Notes: generated by a model not told the origin, from the sequence alone. Numbered from the stretch's first letter, positions 29,553-38,747 are shown. The stretch is DNA of 46,884 nucleotides from a virus (IMGVR_UViG_3300037424_002473:1-46884), one strand, 5' to 3'. Numbers and translations: made by a program.

Positions 29553-30169
29553 TGAGCGAAGGTGATATTATAGAAGCTTTAAACCGCCTGATTACAGGGA
29601 AAATCACTGCAGCTTTTACAGGAGTTGTAACAAGTATTGGGGAAGCCGAGACCAAAGGAATTGTAGAAGTAGCTCATAATGATTTAACCTATGAAGTTAA
29701 GCTTAAAAGCATCATTGATGAAAAAGATAAACATCTTTTACCTATACCAAAGGAAGGAAGTTTAATCTTTTGTGTAAGCGAAGGGAATAGCCAGGAGCGT
29801 TTTATTGCTTTAGCATTTAACGAGCTTGACAAAATTATATACAACGGTGAAAACATGAACCTGTTGATTGATGATATAAACAAGAAATTTGATGTGTTTA
29901 TAGGGTCAATATCAATGGCAATGAGTGAAAATGGTATCATATTTAATGAAGCTGCCAGAAACAGCTTTATGACTGATATTAACAAGCTTGTAGAAAAGGT
30001 TAACATCATTGAAAAGGACATTAATGCCCTTAAAGATGTATTTACGAACTGGACTCCGATTCCTCAAGATGGCGGTGGAGCTTTAAAAGGTGGCGTAGCT
30101 GCATGGTCTGGGCAGACAATTACAAAAACAACAGTAGATGACTTAAAAGACGAAACTATACAACATTAA
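29552..30169 (+). CDS. baseplate spike (gpV/gp45-like)
   Basis: PIPKEGS OB-fold-type motif; PQDGG C-terminus. Confidence 0.6.
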   Translation: MSEGDIIEALNRLITGKITAAFTGVVTSIGEAETKGIVEVAHNDLTYEVKLKSIIDEKDKHLLPIPKEGSLIFCVSEGNSQERFIALAFNELDKIIYNGENMNLLIDDINKKFDVFIGSISMAMSENGIIFNEAARNSFMTDINKLVEKVNIIEKDINALKDVFTNWTPIPQDGGGALKGGVAAWSGQTITKTTVDDLKDETIQH

Positions 30170-30174
30170 TTATT

Positions 30175-30426
30175 ATGCCTTTAGATACTAATAGTTTAAA
30201 AAGCAATATTAAAAACAGAGTAAAAGCTGTTGATGTGGTAGAAGGTGATGCTCCTGCTGAAATAGCAGCAATTATTGGTGAAGAAGTGGCTGCTTTTGTT
30301 CAGCCCCTTGTAGATGCTTTTAATCAGCATACACATGCAGGAGTTATTACTGCTGTAACAGGTGGTAGTGGAGCTCCTGCAGTTGGAATTCCGGGTAGTA
30401 CACAAACAACAACATCAACAGTTTAA
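30175..30426 (+). CDS. small spike-associated protein
   Basis: FNQHTH HxH metal-binding motif typical of spike tips. Confidence 0.5.
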   Translation: MPLDTNSLKSNIKNRVKAVDVVEGDAPAEIAAIIGEEVAAFVQPLVDAFNQHTHAGVITAVTGGSGAPAVGIPGSTQTTTSTV

Positions 30427-30428
30427 TT

Positions 30429-30719
30429 ATGGCAGATACACATGATATATTAACAACAGAAGATGGGGACATTCAATTTAAAGATGGGGATCTTGTTTGG
30501 GGTGATGGAACGTACCAACATCAAAGAGAACTACTATCGGCAATGAAAGGAAGCCATAAGCATGCCCCTTCTCGTGGTGTGGGTTTGGTGAATTATATCA
30601 ATGATGAAAGCCCGGAAGGAATGGTTAAAATGATTCGTAGTGAATTTCAGGCTGATGCTATGAAAGTAAATAATATTGAGTTTGAAGAAAGTAAATTAAG
30701 AACCGATGCGAAGTATTGA
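30429..30719 (+). CDS. baseplate protein (gp25/gp46-like)
   Basis: DGDL..G.G..QH..P.RGVG. Confidence 0.55.
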   Translation: MADTHDILTTEDGDIQFKDGDLVWGDGTYQHQRELLSAMKGSHKHAPSRGVGLVNYINDESPEGMVKMIRSEFQADAMKVNNIEFEESKLRTDAKY

Positions 30720-30981
30720 AACAGTTAAAGGACAAACTTTGATGGATTTGGCAATTCAGGAGTATGGTAGTTTTGAGGCTGTATTTCTAATTTTAGAAGA
30801 TAATCCACATATAGCAGGATTAAACGACTTTCCACAAGGATATTTAGTTGATGGCTTTTGCGATTTTGATTTGGCACATCCAATAAAACCGGGTGTTAAA
30901 ATTTATATCAGGGAAGACTCGGAATTAACTATTCCAAGTGTACTAAGACAAATTAACGGACAAAAAATAATTAGTGAATAA
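30706..30981 (+). CDS. LysM-like/tail X baseplate protein
   Basis: GQTLMDLAIQEYGS. Confidence 0.65.
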   Translation: MRSIETVKGQTLMDLAIQEYGSFEAVFLILEDNPHIAGLNDFPQGYLVDGFCDFDLAHPIKPGVKIYIREDSELTIPSVLRQINGQKIISE

Positions 30982-31826
30982 TGGCTCGAGAACTTTCTGA
31001 AATAGAACAAAATTTAAATGATGATGTAAAGGACGTTTTTGATAACGAAAGCGTTTCGAAGGTTGCAGAGTGGAGATTATGGGTAGGAATATTTTCCCGC
31101 GCGACCTGGTCATTTGAAAAAGTTAGGGATATAGATAAGGCTTTAATTGAGAATACGATTACTCAAAAACAACCACCTTCATTAGACTGGCTTTACGAAA
31201 AAGTAATGGAATTTCAAGGCGGAGATGATGGTAACGGATTTCAAGGAGATAACCTTATTCTTAGTGAATCGGGTATTTTGAGATATGAGCTTATAGATGC
31301 TACTCGAAGAATAATAAATCAGGCTACATTAACAGAAATTCCCGATGGAACTATTGTAATTAAAGTCGCTAAGAAAAGTGCAGAAGGAGAATTAGAAGCT
31401 TTAAGTGCTAACGAGTTGCTTTCATTCACTATATACATCAACAGGGTTAAATATCCGGGTACAGTAATTAACGTAACTAGTCTTCCTCCTGATCTTATTA
31501 AACAAGATGTAATTGTTTACTACGATCCTATATTCTTGCCTGCAAATGTATTGGCTAATATTGAATTAAAAATGACTGAATTTAAAGATACTCTAGGCTT
31601 TAACGATAAGTTTTTTAACCAAAAATACATCGACTATTTACTAAAAGCTGAAGGTGTAGTATCTATTAAAACGAATAACCTTTCTTATAAGAACTATAGC
31701 AGCTCTGATTTTAGTACGATAGATGTTGTTAAAGAGCTGGCTGCAGGATATTTTAACTATCAGGCAACCGATGCCGAAACTGAACCTTCAGTAATTAATT
31801 TAATTGATGTTAATACACTTTATTAA
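30981..31826 (+). CDS. baseplate wedge protein (J-like)
   Basis: SKVAEWRL, IKVAK, YPGT, AGYF; position. Confidence 0.6.
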   Translation: MARELSEIEQNLNDDVKDVFDNESVSKVAEWRLWVGIFSRATWSFEKVRDIDKALIENTITQKQPPSLDWLYEKVMEFQGGDDGNGFQGDNLILSESGILRYELIDATRRIINQATLTEIPDGTIVIKVAKKSAEGELEALSANELLSFTIYINRVKYPGTVINVTSLPPDLIKQDVIVYYDPIFLPANVLANIELKMTEFKDTLGFNDKFFNQKYIDYLLKAEGVVSIKTNNLSYKNYSSSDFSTIDVVKELAAGYFNYQATDAETEPSVINLIDVNTLY

Positions 31827-32308
31827 TGATACTCGATTTTGATATATATAAGTTTTTAGAGCGTATGCTCCCGGTGCATAAACGACAGGAAAATCGTTTA
31901 AAATTGTTTTGGTGGCCGTTAAAACAATTGCAAACTGAATGGGACAACTACAAAGAATGGCGTAAGGATGCTTTCTTTCGGGCTAATATTACCGGACAAT
32001 TAATGAGCCTTGAAGCTTATTTAAATAAATATGTGGAAGGTGCAAATGGTGGTATTTCCATTATTGAAGAGGATGACCAGGGTGTATGGTGTGGATTAGA
32101 AATAGAAGAAACTGATGAGATGGAATTAGGTTTGGAAGACACAGAGCCTGATGACTATATAGAGTTGGCAATTAACGGAGAAGAAGGTACAAGTTTGCCA
32201 GTAAACTTTAGAGTAATCGCTCCTGGAACAGCCAATATTCAACAAATAAATGAATATGTTAATCAATATAAAATTGCAGGAAAATCTTTTGATATAATAA
32301 ATAACTAA
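31826..32308 (+). CDS. baseplate wedge protein (I-like)
   Basis: GQLMSLEAYLN ... YKIAGKSF. Confidence 0.6.
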   Translation: MILDFDIYKFLERMLPVHKRQENRLKLFWWPLKQLQTEWDNYKEWRKDAFFRANITGQLMSLEAYLNKYVEGANGGISIIEEDDQGVWCGLEIEETDEMELGLEDTEPDDYIELAINGEEGTSLPVNFRVIAPGTANIQQINEYVNQYKIAGKSFDIINN

Positions 32309-32312
32309 CAAA

Positions 32313-33296
32313 ATGAAAGTACAAGTTCAAGAAACAGGTATACGTAGATGGTTTGGAAGTGATTATATAAGCTTACAGAATGAGCTTTATGTAGCATTAG
32401 AAGGCTTCTTTGAACCTTATGGAAATATGATAATTAAAGGTTGTGAAACAAGCGATAATGGTGATGGAACCTGGCGAATTGGAGCCGGGCTGGTTGGATT
32501 ATATTCACCATTAGCGGATGAGTATCGTATTTGTCGTGTTGCACAGTCTGATATTTCAAATACACATGCTGCTGTATATTTAACTTTAACTTCATCAACA
32601 ACTTTACGCCCTTATAAAACAGGTGGTTCGAAAGCTGTAGTTAAAGAGTATAAAGCACAAATAAATACTGTTCAACCCGGTAGTGGTGAATTTTTAACCA
32701 TTAACGCAAACGGTAATAATATTACTTTCCGTGATGCTATTCAAAGTGCCAATTATCGAATGGTTACAGATGCAAAAATATCTACTTGGGATAATATTAT
32801 TAATACAATCAGGGGTGGTGTTAGTTCAGGTTATGATACGCTTGAGAAACTTCGATCTTACGTAAATTCGGTTTATAATAGTTTATTAAATCAATTTCTG
32901 ATTCATATTCAAGATACGGGAGGCGAAGTGGTTAATTATTGGTCTGTTCATTATGAAGATTCAATATATGCTGGACATGAAACAGAAATAAAAGCTACTA
33001 AATTTAAGAATGGAATGGTTTGTTTAACTTTTCATAGTAATTTCCCTGCTAGTGATTTTCCAAATGCTGAAACATGGACGAATACCGGAGATATATTTCT
33101 GTTGCCTGAAGATTTCAGACCACTGCAAAACGTTGATTTTTATGCGGCAGGCTCACTTGATGGGATTACAACTTCATATCATCAATTCCAGTTGACAACA
33201 GCAGGTAAAATAGCGAATCGTTGTGCTCCGAGTCATGGAGCTGTCTATTATATGACAAATTTGTCAGAGGATAATATGGAACAATTTGAAATATAA
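32313..33296 (+). CDS. tail fibre / receptor-binding protein
   Basis: YDTLEKL fibre motif; C-terminal LPEDFRP. Confidence 0.65.
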   Translation: MKVQVQETGIRRWFGSDYISLQNELYVALEGFFEPYGNMIIKGCETSDNGDGTWRIGAGLVGLYSPLADEYRICRVAQSDISNTHAAVYLTLTSSTTLRPYKTGGSKAVVKEYKAQINTVQPGSGEFLTINANGNNITFRDAIQSANYRMVTDAKISTWDNIINTIRGGVSSGYDTLEKLRSYVNSVYNSLLNQFLIHIQDTGGEVVNYWSVHYEDSIYAGHETEIKATKFKNGMVCLTFHSNFPASDFPNAETWTNTGDIFLLPEDFRPLQNVDFYAAGSLDGITTSYHQFQLTTAGKIANRCAPSHGAVYYMTNLSEDNMEQFEI

Positions 33297-33598
33297 TGTA
33301 CTACATTGGAGGAAGCTTTGCTAAGTACCTTAGAGGTAAAGAAGCAAAATATAAGGATATTGATATTTATGTTAGTCATAAAAACCTTATCCCTTTATTA
33401 AATAAGTTATCAAAAAAAGGTATTGGGCTTGTGGGGCACCAGGATGATAAGATAGTTTCTCATTCCGCCAAATTAGGCAATATTGATATAATGGTATTTC
33501 ATCCGAATTTTAAATTTTCAACAACAAAAATAGGATGTTTCAGGGTTCTTTCAAACAGGACTCTTAAACGGATTTATAAATACGCTAATAACAAATAA
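33296..33598 (+). CDS. minimal Pol-beta-superfamily nucleotidyltransferase-like protein
   Basis: IGGS ... DIDI ... IDI motifs. Confidence 0.6.
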   Translation: MYYIGGSFAKYLRGKEAKYKDIDIYVSHKNLIPLLNKLSKKGIGLVGHQDDKIVSHSAKLGNIDIMVFHPNFKFSTTKIGCFRVLSNRTLKRIYKYANNK

Positions 33599-33608
33599 TC
33601 ATTAAACT

Positions 33609-34415
33609 ATGTGTGTGACAAAAATTAAGACTCCAATTAGTTATTATGGAGGTAAACAAAGTATGCTCAATGAAATATTACCATTAATACCGGAAGAGCA
33701 TAAAATCTATGTAGAACCATTTTTCGGAGGTGGAGCTGTATTTTGGGCTAAAGAGCCAAGCCGATGCGAGGTTATTAATGATGTTAATATGAACATTGTT
33801 AATTTTTATGAAGTACTTAAACACAGTTATTTTGACCTACGCAAAAAAGTTGAAGCTACTCTTCACAGCAGGGAAACTTATAAAAGAGCTTTGATAATTT
33901 ATAACAGCCCTTGGTTGTTTCCTGATATGCCAGTGATACGTGCTTGGGCTTTTTATGTTGTAACGAATCAAGGATTCTCGTGTAAAATTGGAACTTGGGG
34001 CTATGATAGGGATAAAAGGGCCAGAACAATTCAAAACAAGATTGATTCTTTTCAGGAGGAACTATCAGACCGTTTAAGATATACGCAAATAGAGCAAAAT
34101 GAAGCTCATAAAGTAATTTCAAGCCGTGATACTGAAGATACTTTTGTGTATGCTGATCCACCATACATTGATACTAATCAAGGTCATTATGGAGGTTATT
34201 CTCATGAATATTTTAAACGTGATTTAAACGCTTTAGCCAATATGAAAGGTAAATTCCTGCTTAGTACATATCCTTCAGATATACTGGATGAGTTCATCAA
34301 ATCAAAAGGATGGTACACTAAGCAGCATGAAAAGATTCTATCGGCATCAAACGGTAATGTTGTAAAATCGAGGAAAAAGAAAATAGAAGTTTTAACTGCT
34401 AATTACCCTATTTAA
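33609..34415 (+). CDS. D12-class DNA adenine methyltransferase
   Basis: YYGGK, YVEPFFGGGAV, EVINDV, DPPY. Confidence 0.9.
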   Translation: MCVTKIKTPISYYGGKQSMLNEILPLIPEEHKIYVEPFFGGGAVFWAKEPSRCEVINDVNMNIVNFYEVLKHSYFDLRKKVEATLHSRETYKRALIIYNSPWLFPDMPVIRAWAFYVVTNQGFSCKIGTWGYDRDKRARTIQNKIDSFQEELSDRLRYTQIEQNEAHKVISSRDTEDTFVYADPPYIDTNQGHYGGYSHEYFKRDLNALANMKGKFLLSTYPSDILDEFIKSKGWYTKQHEKILSASNGNVVKSRKKKIEVLTANYPI

Positions 34416-34422
34416 ACACTGT

Positions 34423-34542
34423 TTAAACAAAAGTGGGTGGGGATGTTGTCACACACCTTTAAAGCACAAGCCAAAAAGCTACCCGGGGGTAGTCCCCACC
34501 CGAATATTTTTACTTTTTGGCTTGTTTTAAAATGTGTGTGAC
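34423..34542 (-). ncRNA. candidate regulatory small RNA with two crossing helices
   Basis: TATATTTG box at 34554-34547; helices 34435-43/34493-501 and 34448-78/34513-42; T-rich tail. Confidence 0.55.
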
Positions 34543-34564
34543 GATGCAAATATAATGAAGATTG

Positions 34565-35053
34565 TTACATTTCCTGTATCTTCTTATTATAAAACTTTAC
34601 AGAATTTTCAGCAGAAACACCTAACAGTCTAACAAACAGGTCAACGCAATAATATGATTTAGGTATAATATCCTTGTATCCTTGCCATATTAGAGTCCAA
34701 AGCTCACTAGGTTCTTTGATATTTGAATGTGAAAGCTGTAAATAGACGTCTAAGCAACGTCCGTATGAAATATCATTTGCCCAAGCAGATGATTCTTTAT
34801 ACTTGCTATACTCTTCTACTTTGATTGGCGTTAAGTTCTTCGCCTCAATATCAGCAATAATATTACTTAACCTAGCAATGTTTTGTTTAGCAGTGATAAC
34901 AGTCAATTGCTCAACATCATCATTAAACCTGTCTCCTTGTAATATAGCTTCAATAGTACGAACTGACTTGTTCGTGTGAAATCCTATTTGTTCTCGATCT
35001 TCTTTGCTTATAAGGGCTCTAATTGCCTGTAGCTGTGTTGTAGTGATATTCAT
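34565..35053 (-). CDS. hypothetical protein with N-terminal HTH-like region and its own promoter
   Basis: REQIGFHTNKSVRTIEAILQG; TAACTTTG box at 35087-35080. Confidence 0.6.
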   Translation of the reverse strand: MNITTTQLQAIRALISKEDREQIGFHTNKSVRTIEAILQGDRFNDDVEQLTVITAKQNIARLSNIIADIEAKNLTPIKVEEYSKYKESSAWANDISYGRCLDVYLQLSHSNIKEPSELWTLIWQGYKDIIPKSYYCVDLFVRLLGVSAENSVKFYNKKIQEM

Positions 35054-35343
35054 ATTTAATCTTTGTAGTAAATTCACTACAAAGTTAGAGCCTTTTTTAG
35101 AAAAACAATGCCTCTGTACAATTCAATTTAAGAGCATTTAAGCGACTTTATATTGTTTCTCGCAGGAATGGATTCGAGTAGAATAAACTTAGTAAATGGC
35201 TGTATGTGCTATTTTGTAAGGTATAATTAGAATTGTTGAAAACTTGGTTTGTGGTGAATTTACGACAGAAATATTAACATACCGTTGTACTTATTAACAC
35301 ATCCTTGCATTATAGGAAAAGGAGTATTTATATTGCAGTCATA

Positions 35344-35394
35344 ATTTTTACTTTTCAATATAAATTATTTTTACTTTTGGTTTCGCCGATTATA
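35344..35394. repeat. candidate right-end transposase binding sites
   Basis: ATTTTTACTTTT at 35344 and 35367 (23-bp period), then GGTTTCGCCGATTATA. Confidence 0.5.
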
Positions 35395-35485
35395 AAATAA
35401 AAGTATTCCTTTCAAAATCTGAAATATATTAGCTATTTATTTTTACAAATAGAGATGGCTATTTAAGCAAATATATTTATGTAAA

Positions 35486-35728
35486 CTATGTCATCGAAGG
35501 ACACATATCGTCTATCCAACCTTGTACATCAAAGTTCCCACATTCTAATTGTAATTGGCATGAAGGATCATCCGTCATGCCGCAAGTCATAGGATCACAA
35601 GTCACACCACCTTTTATTTTCTGGCTCATAGATTTATCTAAAATCTCAAACCTTTCATTAACACCCATCTCATTATTAAATTCAGTACTAATTGAATTTA
35701 AAGAAATCATTTCTTTGTTTTTTTTCAT
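35486..35728 (-). CDS. RiPP precursor peptide (double-glycine leader, 5-Cys core)
   Basis: FEILDKSMSQKIKGG | VTCDPMTCGMTDDPSCQLQLECGNFDVQGWIDDMCPSMT. Confidence 0.8.
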   Translation of the reverse strand: MKKNKEMISLNSISTEFNNEMGVNERFEILDKSMSQKIKGGVTCDPMTCGMTDDPSCQLQLECGNFDVQGWIDDMCPSMT

Positions 35729-35739
35729 AATTTTATTTT

Positions 35740-36408
35740 TTAATAATTAAGTGAAAAATAGTTATAATATGCTTCTTTAATCATTTGATACGTCCTGTCA
35801 TGGAAAGGTAAACATTCTTTCAAGATATTATACAGTTCAAAATCCTTGTTTTTAATAACTGAAAAAGGGTCATGAGCTTCTGTCTTAACCAGAGCTCCTC
35901 GATTATTCCTTTTTAAAAAGAAAATGGATATCACAGTATTAATTATCCTATATACTACTTTTTTCTTTTCATAATATGTTTGTGTATTCAAACTAAGTAA
36001 CTTTTCAATATTTTCTTTAAGTTCAGATATGAAAGGGCTTTTAAGAATTTCTCTTTTTTCAAAAACTTCTTCAATATTATTTTTTAGATCAAAAATTATC
36101 TTCTCAGAATCATATATAATCTTTGCATTGTAAATATATGCAATTGGCATATTGTGATAATTATATAGAAATGTGTAATTATGCGTGTGAAATATGCCCT
36201 TTTGAAAAGAAAAAATACTAATAGGTATGTCTTTATAGTTGAAACTAATAGAATAGGAATTATTGATGTGTTCGTTTATAAATAGTAAATCTATATCACT
36301 ATTTTTTTTATATGTTCCATTTGCCACCGATCCAGCCAACGCGATGGAAGAATGCGGAAATTTTTGGTGCAAATACTCTATAATTTCAGAGGCAATTTCA
36401 GTATGCAT
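35740..36408 (-). CDS. Pol-beta-superfamily nucleotidyltransferase
   Basis: LAGSVANG ... SDIDL plus helical C-terminal domain. Confidence 0.8.
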   Translation of the reverse strand: MHTEIASEIIEYLHQKFPHSSIALAGSVANGTYKKNSDIDLLFINEHINNSYSISFNYKDIPISIFSFQKGIFHTHNYTFLYNYHNMPIAYIYNAKIIYDSEKIIFDLKNNIEEVFEKREILKSPFISELKENIEKLLSLNTQTYYEKKKVVYRIINTVISIFFLKRNNRGALVKTEAHDPFSVIKNKDFELYNILKECLPFHDRTYQMIKEAYYNYFSLNY

Positions 36409-36761
36409 TAGATCAATTTTTTTATTATGAAATCTTGAGAATCTTTTGACCCAAATTCCTGTTCAAGTATCTTTATTAATTCTTTCTTTATATCTTCAAT
36501 CGTTTTTTCTGATATTTGAAACTCCAGATGATTTTTGATTTTCTCTTCATATAACTTAAACTTAATGTTATTTTTAATGCTTTCATAAAAAGCAATCAAA
36601 GCTGATTCAAACTGATACATAAAAAAATCAGGATTGAATAATTTTCTATCATCAATAATTTTCAATAAATTTACAACACTAAAATTTTCAGTAGAAATGG
36701 ATTGTTTACTTAATAAATCTTCATTTAAAAGTAACGAATCTATATTTGAAAGTTTTTCCAT
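36408..36761 (-). CDS. hypothetical protein in RiPP operon
   Basis: Stop overlaps the NTase start; begins 5 bp after the rSAM stop. Confidence 0.6.
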   Translation of the reverse strand: MEKLSNIDSLLLNEDLLSKQSISTENFSVVNLLKIIDDRKLFNPDFFMYQFESALIAFYESIKNNIKFKLYEEKIKNHLEFQISEKTIEDIKKELIKILEQEFGSKDSQDFIIKKLI

Positions 36762-36766
36762 ATCTT

Positions 36767-38173
36767 TTATGATTTATCCTTAATCAAGTTATTATAAACT
36801 TTTTTAATTGAATAATTAAAAATCTGTGGAAAATCATCACAATTTCCTGGTTCAATTTTTCCGTTTTCTCTTCTTGATTTGATAATACATCCCCCGCCAC
36901 AAAAAAGATTATACTTGCATTTTACACATTTATAATTACTAATATTTTTATAAAACCACTTTTCAATAGCATCAGGATAAATTTGAAAGTCGGGAATGTA
37001 ATGTCCTATTTTATGCTCAGTTCGTCCAACTACATCCCAACAAGAATAAATATCACCAAAAGGATCAAAAATTCTATTTCCTGTTTGTGCACCGCAAAAT
37101 GTACTTTTATAAAACAAATTTTCCTTTCCTAAAATTATTTTCTTTAGTTTTTCATAGATTCCATAATCCTGACAAAAAACATGTTTATCTATTTCCCCTT
37201 TTGCTTTTGTTTTATCATAATGTTTAAGAAAATCTAATTGATTAAGTGGTTTATTTTGATTTGAATTACACATTTCACAAACTTTAGGTCCAGTACTTTT
37301 TTCATTAGTAACATCTACTCGCAATAAAGCCCAATAAGCGGAAAAGTTTTTATAATTGTACCAACCGCGATTTTCAAAATAACTTAATAGTTCATTAATC
37401 CTTTTTAATGTGTCAGAATCTGTGTTAATTCTTATCACAACTGGTATTCCTAATTTTAATAAATGGTCAACATTATTTGTTATTTTTTTGAAGGAATCAT
37501 TATTCTTGAAATGAGGCTTTCTTTGATTTTGGATTTCTTCAACGCCATCTAATGTAATCTGAAAAGAAAATATTTTATTAGCTTCTAATAAATCAAAATA
37601 TTTATCAAGATCATATCCATTTGAAGTAACTTTAAACTTATGATCAATTTGTTTCCCTTTTTCAGTTATATAAGATATTAACTCATAATTTTCAGCTAAA
37701 AAAGGTTCACCTCCATATAAATTAATAACTTTTGTTGTTTGATTTTTCTCATGTTTTTTTGTTATTATTTCAAATGCCTTATCAATGTATTCCTTAGTTA
37801 TAGTTCCTTTTGGTAATGCATTAGTGCTGTTTAATATATCATCTTCATAACAATAAACACATCTTAAGTTACAATCGTATGAAAGAATAAAATGAAAATT
37901 ATATAATTTAAATTGATTCTGTTCTTGGGTTTTATCAATTAATTGTTTTACTAATTCTATTTCTTCAGTCTTTGATAAAGATGTTATATATCCTCTCTTA
38001 ACTAATTTGTCCAAAGTACTTTCCGAGATACTCTGTAAGTTTCCTCGGCCTTTTAAAAATTCGTAAATATCATAATTTACTAAATCGAATGCTTGTGTAT
38101 AACTATTAATAATTGCATAAACTTCTTTTTCTTTATCTACATTTACAGCAATATTATATGAAGAACTTCTCAT
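36767..38173 (-). CDS. radical SAM/SPASM peptide maturase
   Basis: CNLRCVYC, YGGEP, SPASM cysteines C..GDIYSC..CVKC..FCGGGC..C; RRE-like N-terminus. Confidence 0.9.
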   Translation of the reverse strand: MRSSSYNIAVNVDKEKEVYAIINSYTQAFDLVNYDIYEFLKGRGNLQSISESTLDKLVKRGYITSLSKTEEIELVKQLIDKTQEQNQFKLYNFHFILSYDCNLRCVYCYEDDILNSTNALPKGTITKEYIDKAFEIITKKHEKNQTTKVINLYGGEPFLAENYELISYITEKGKQIDHKFKVTSNGYDLDKYFDLLEANKIFSFQITLDGVEEIQNQRKPHFKNNDSFKKITNNVDHLLKLGIPVVIRINTDSDTLKRINELLSYFENRGWYNYKNFSAYWALLRVDVTNEKSTGPKVCEMCNSNQNKPLNQLDFLKHYDKTKAKGEIDKHVFCQDYGIYEKLKKIILGKENLFYKSTFCGAQTGNRIFDPFGDIYSCWDVVGRTEHKIGHYIPDFQIYPDAIEKWFYKNISNYKCVKCKYNLFCGGGCIIKSRRENGKIEPGNCDDFPQIFNYSIKKVYNNLIKDKS

Positions 38174-38301
38174 AATTCTAAATTCAATATTTGGTTAATA
38201 ACATCATAAATATAGAAAATAATATTTACTTTCTGTACAAAAACTATTTGTAATATTTTTTTGTTGGTGGAGAAGGAAGAAAAATTAATCGTAAAAACGC
38301 C

Positions 38302-38435
38302 CTATAACATCGGGTCTTAAAGCATGCGGGGTGTATTTTAAGTTTGACAATTTTTGCTATATTTGTTTCAATGTCAACGGGTGACATTGAAACGCGGCGC
38401 GCTCCCGCCCGCTTCAAACCCGAAGAACGTTATAA
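38302..38435 (+). repeat. attC-like site 3 (134 bp)
   Basis: CTATAAC ... GTTATAA; arms TCGGGT..GCGGG / CCCGC..ACCCGA. Confidence 0.8.
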
Positions 38436-38747
38436 GCAAGGCGTCTAAAAAAAATCCGAATACTTCATCTCATCTTGACAAGTCAATAAATTAAATTAAC
38501 TTTTTTCCGGTTTGACACTGTTTTCAAGTTTGAAACTTTATTTCATTACTGACAATTAAAATATTATTTCTTTTCGTAATGGTTTGACAGTGTATTTTTC
38601 AGGATTGGTTCGGTAGGTATGACAGGTAAAAAATTAGTATCCCAACGCGCTTTGCAGCCTGACGGCTGCATTTGTGATTTATTAAAGCATATTTGCTTCG
38701 CAAAAAAGCTTTAATTAAAAAAGTTAGCGGCAAAAAAATAAAGCGTC

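Larger units (their letters stand above)
1403..35394. mobile_element. Mu-like (transposable) prophage with contractile tail; ends approximate
   Basis: Repressor/Ner-like switch, DDE transposase + AAA ATPase, portal/terminase/MuF/gpG, capsid, lysis, sheath/tube/TMP/baseplate, terminal methylase; imperfect terminal inverted match 1409-1427 vs 35368-35386 (16/19). Confidence 0.88.
1090..38429 (+). mobile_element. gene cassette B (RiPP operon, about 3.3 kb without the prophage) interrupted by the prophage
   Basis: GTTATAGGGCATTTT at 1089 is the reverse complement (1 mismatch) of AAAACGCCCTATAAC ending at 38308; no other attC-like site seen in between. Confidence 0.7.

Noticed and set aside
32313-35394. 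DGR or invertible tail-fibre segment
   Set aside because: No reverse transcriptase, template/variable repeat pair or invertase seen in the prophage
35740-36761. MNT-HEPN toxin-antitoxin pair
   Set aside because: The 117-aa protein lacks an Rx4-6H motif and both genes are embedded in the rSAM-precursor operon
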